Positions 53,886 through 56,094 of a stretch of 56,094 bases of DNA are shown piece by piece. How positions within the stretch are numbered: position 1 is the stretch's first letter; each line of letters opens with the position of its first letter. Location: NCBI GenBank assembly GCA_041479945.1, contig JBGOYZ010000003.1, positions 1-56,094 on the forward strand, given 5' to 3'. A program made the position numbers and the translations under genes. The DNA is from Thermoproteota archaeon. GTDB lineage: Archaea > Thermoproteota > EX4484-205 > JAAOZO01. The notes beneath the pieces were generated by a model that saw only the letters and a program-made list of their open reading frames with translations, was not told where the DNA came from and ran no database searches.

Positions 53886-55011
53886 TGTCGCCGGGATTCC
53901 TCCGATAGAGGAGAGGTACGATCTGCGGCATCTAACGACCTTCGTCCCGAACAAGGGAACGCCGATTCACAACTGGTTCTACTACAAGGAAGGTTTTGCC
54001 AGAGAGTTCGTGGTCGCGAGCCTAGAATGGATGGGTGTCAGCAATGGCACGATACTGGATCCATTCGTAGGGTCCGGGACCACCGTCCTGACCGCCCGAG
54101 AGGTGGGCATGAGTTCGGTCGGCGTGGACGTTTCGCCTTTGATGATACTCGTGAGCCGCGTGAAGTGTCAGGACTACGATGTAGATTCACTCTCCGAGTC
54201 TGCAACCGAGATCTTCTCGGCGAAGTTCGCCAGGCCTGATCTCTCTGTGGTGCCGAGAGAAGTCAGAAGATACTTCAGCAAGTATGCCTTAGAGGACATT
54301 GTCTTCCTCAGGTCTCTGATAGCCCGGGTTCAGGATCAGAAGGTCAGGGACTTTCTCCATGTCCTGCTCATGTCTTCGGCGATCAAGGCATCATATGCGT
54401 ACAAGGACGGGGCCATCCTCAGGGTCCGGAAGAGACACACGCCCCCATTCAGGAAGTTCTTCAGGGCAAAGACGAAGAGAGCGATAAAGGAGCTTCAGCG
54501 GTTCAAGCCGCTTGGGTCAGAACCGACTCTCTACGTGGGGGACGCTAGGAGGCTGGACTTCTTAGATGACTCCTCAGTCGACTGCATAGTCACCTCGCCA
54601 CCCTATCTCAACAAGATAGAATACACGAGAGTGTACGGAATAGAGTACTCGCTCTTCCTGCCGGATGTAGCTCAGGCTCCAATGCGGTCGTTCATCGGTC
54701 TGGATGTCAAACCCGACAAGCAGCTGTTCCCTTCGTTGCCGCCCGTGGCAAACGCCTACTTTACCGACCTGAGAAGTGCACTTGCCGAGATGTGGCGGGT
54801 CATGAAAGACGGATCAAAAGCCACCATACTGATCGCCGGAGGTGTGTTCCCAACCGGTGTGGTGGACTCCGACATCTACCTGTGCTCTCTGGCCGTGGAA
54901 TTGGGCTTCAAGGTAGACAGGGTACTCGCCCTCAACAGAAGAGTTGCGACCCGGGATCGGGTCGTCAAGATAGGTGAAGCTCGGGAGAGCGCAGTGATAC
55001 TGTCAAAGTGA
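53866..55011 (+). CDS. SAM-dependent DNA methyltransferase (amino-MTase with SPPY motif IV; N4-C or N6-A)
   Basis: 381 aa. Motif I DPFVGSGTT lies near the N-terminus and motif IV TSPPYLNKIEY about 180 aa later, which is an alpha-like order. No adjacent restriction endonuclease was recognised. Confidence 0.65.
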   Translation: MTDIQIDVAGIPPIEERYDLRHLTTFVPNKGTPIHNWFYYKEGFAREFVVASLEWMGVSNGTILDPFVGSGTTVLTAREVGMSSVGVDVSPLMILVSRVKCQDYDVDSLSESATEIFSAKFARPDLSVVPREVRRYFSKYALEDIVFLRSLIARVQDQKVRDFLHVLLMSSAIKASYAYKDGAILRVRKRHTPPFRKFFRAKTKRAIKELQRFKPLGSEPTLYVGDARRLDFLDDSSVDCIVTSPPYLNKIEYTRVYGIEYSLFLPDVAQAPMRSFIGLDVKPDKQLFPSLPPVANAYFTDLRSALAEMWRVMKDGSKATILIAGGVFPTGVVDSDIYLCSLAVELGFKVDRVLALNRRVATRDRVVKIGEARESAVILSK

Positions 55012-55290
55012 ATTGGTCCCAGAGGTCTGTGCCTTGAGCCACATGAGGAAACCCTTGACCTCGTCTGGAAGTGCTGCTGGCTTCAATCTGTACGTTTGGA
55101 CTCCCCCCAGCGCCTCCTGCTCAACCACGCCGCATTTCATCAGGATCTCAAGCCGGCCCTTGGTAGTGCGCGGGTAGGCACCTATCTTCCTAGAGAGTGA
55201 ATACAGCGTCAGGGGATTTCCGTGGTCCAGCTCCATCAGGATCTTTAGGTTGTTCTCATCTCCAATGACCTCCAGCCAGTCTGTCCTCAA
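55003..55290 (-). CDS. Small winged-helix (ArsR-like) protein coupled to an Orc1/Cdc6-like gene
   Basis: 95 aa. Its TTG start overlaps the upstream TGA stop (TTGA). The core LKILMELDHGNPLTLYSLSRKIGAYPRTTKGRLEILMKCGVVEQE has the same architecture as the 10377-10652 product. Confidence 0.5.
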   Translation of the reverse strand: MRTDWLEVIGDENNLKILMELDHGNPLTLYSLSRKIGAYPRTTKGRLEILMKCGVVEQEALGGVQTYRLKPAALPDEVKGFLMWLKAQTSGTNSL

Positions 55291-56094
55291 CTCTTGCTCG
55301 CCAAGTAGTTCTTGATCACACTGAGCGGAGGAGAGACGAGTGCCACCTTTGTTTCGCCACCCTCGACCAACAGATCCACAATCCCCTCAAACTCAAGTCT
55401 TCTAACGAGCGCAACCTCTTGCTCATTGTCAGCGCCGATCTCCGAGAGGGAGAAGTATGCCATTTCACCGGCGGACGAGACATCTGCAATCCTCTTGAGA
55501 ATCCTCTTGATCTCAGGAGGCCATCCGGCGAGCGCATCCGGCCTCAGGATCGGTTCTATTCTGGTCTGCGCGACTCTCACGCTCTCAGGGGTGACGCGCC
55601 GAGATCCCTCCCAATCAGCTTCTCTTCCGGACGCGAGCAGTAGCTCAAGGCCGTATCTTGCCGACCCATACCCGAACTTGGTCGCCATCCTGCTCGCCAG
55701 TACTATTTCCTCTGCACCGATTGCCCCGGTAGCGAAGGCTTCCTCGCTCCTGCCCGAGAGGATCTGTCGCATCTGCTCATACCCGTACGGGAGATATGGC
55801 AGCCTCGTCCTCCAAACATAATTCCGTATCCAAGCCTCTAGGAAACTGGATGAGAAATCCTCTATTCCCACCAGTATGAAGAACACTCGGCCCTTGCCTT
55901 GCTCGTGGTACTTCAGCATGTCGTACACCAGACTGGTCTTGCCCTTTGTGATCCTAGTGAATGAGTCAAAATCGTCGAGGGCAATCAACGCACGCTGTCC
56001 TCTGTGTTCCAAGTAGTCTTGGACCGCGGTCACCAGTTCGCCAGCGCCATACCCGCGGGTTGACATCCCAGGTATTATCTTCATTGAAATCATC
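55287..56094 (-). CDS. Orc1/Cdc6-family AAA+ paralogue, C-terminal part (N-terminus with Walker A lies beyond the right edge)
   Basis: It has Walker B ALDDFD, the sensor region FILVG and the GSARYGLELL motif (compare GDARYAIEVL in orc1), plus a C-terminal winged-helix-like domain. No Walker A precedes Walker B within the window, so the gene is truncated by the edge. Confidence 0.6.
   Translation of the reverse strand, partial: MISMKIIPGMSTRGYGAGELVTAVQDYLEHRGQRALIALDDFDSFTRITKGKTSLVYDMLKYHEQGKGRVFFILVGIEDFSSSFLEAWIRNYVWRTRLPYLPYGYEQMRQILSGRSEEAFATGAIGAEEIVLASRMATKFGYGSARYGLELLLASGREADWEGSRRVTPESVRVAQTRIEPILRPDALAGWPPEIKRILKRIADVSSAGEMAYFSLSEIGADNEQEVALVRRLEFEGIVDLLVEGGETKVALVSPPLSVIKNYLASKS

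Noticed and set aside
1-56094. CRISPR arrays, rRNA genes, IS elements, integrases
   Set aside because: I noticed no direct-repeat/spacer periodicity, rRNA-like segments, transposase or integrase ORFs while reading the intergenic regions and the ORF track.

Overview
Gene-dense archaeal chromosomal window, coding on both strands. Archaeal identity rests on TFB, Orc1/Cdc6, MCM, RFC, GINS, RpoP and class I CCA enzyme. A CdvA-like gene and intron-rich tRNAs suggest a TACK/Thermoproteota-type lineage, which is an inference. Left to right: (1) an acetate node (AMP-forming acs, an OFA-type MFS transporter, ADP-forming acd) and a GDE-type glucosidase. (2) A replication/division supercluster: orc1/cdc6 with a coupled small wHTH gene, RFC large and small subunits, a GINS-like gene, MCM with an intein, Hel308 and a CdvA-like gene. 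(3) A tRNA/RNA-maturation cluster: cca, thpR, a P-loop kinase-like gene, rnz, a THUMP methyltransferase and prs. (4) Two divergent radical-SAM genes. (5) A class II B12-dependent RNR carrying an intein, co-oriented with a corrinoid adenosyltransferase. (6) tRNA-Pro(GGG) with a D-loop intron. (7) A seven-gene pyrimidine operon, pyrF-E-B-I-K-C-D. (8) NFACT, a metallophosphoesterase, TrmI, a candidate RNase P RNA, an EndoQ-like gene, apgM and tfb. (9) tRNA-Gln(CUG) that appears to carry three introns. (10) nnr, a DNA methyltransferase, and a second Orc1/Cdc6-like gene with a coupled wHTH gene running off the right edge. The most notable signals not explained by the ORF track are the multi-intron tRNAs with hand-foldable bulge-helix-bulge motifs. 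Others are two LAGLIDADG inteins inside catalytic motifs, a twice-occurring Orc1/Cdc6-wHTH module, and a pyrC/pyrD junction with no canonical start codon for the conserved PyrD N-terminus. I saw no CRISPR array, rRNA, transposase or integrase. All calls come from reading the sequence and translations by eye; no searches were run.
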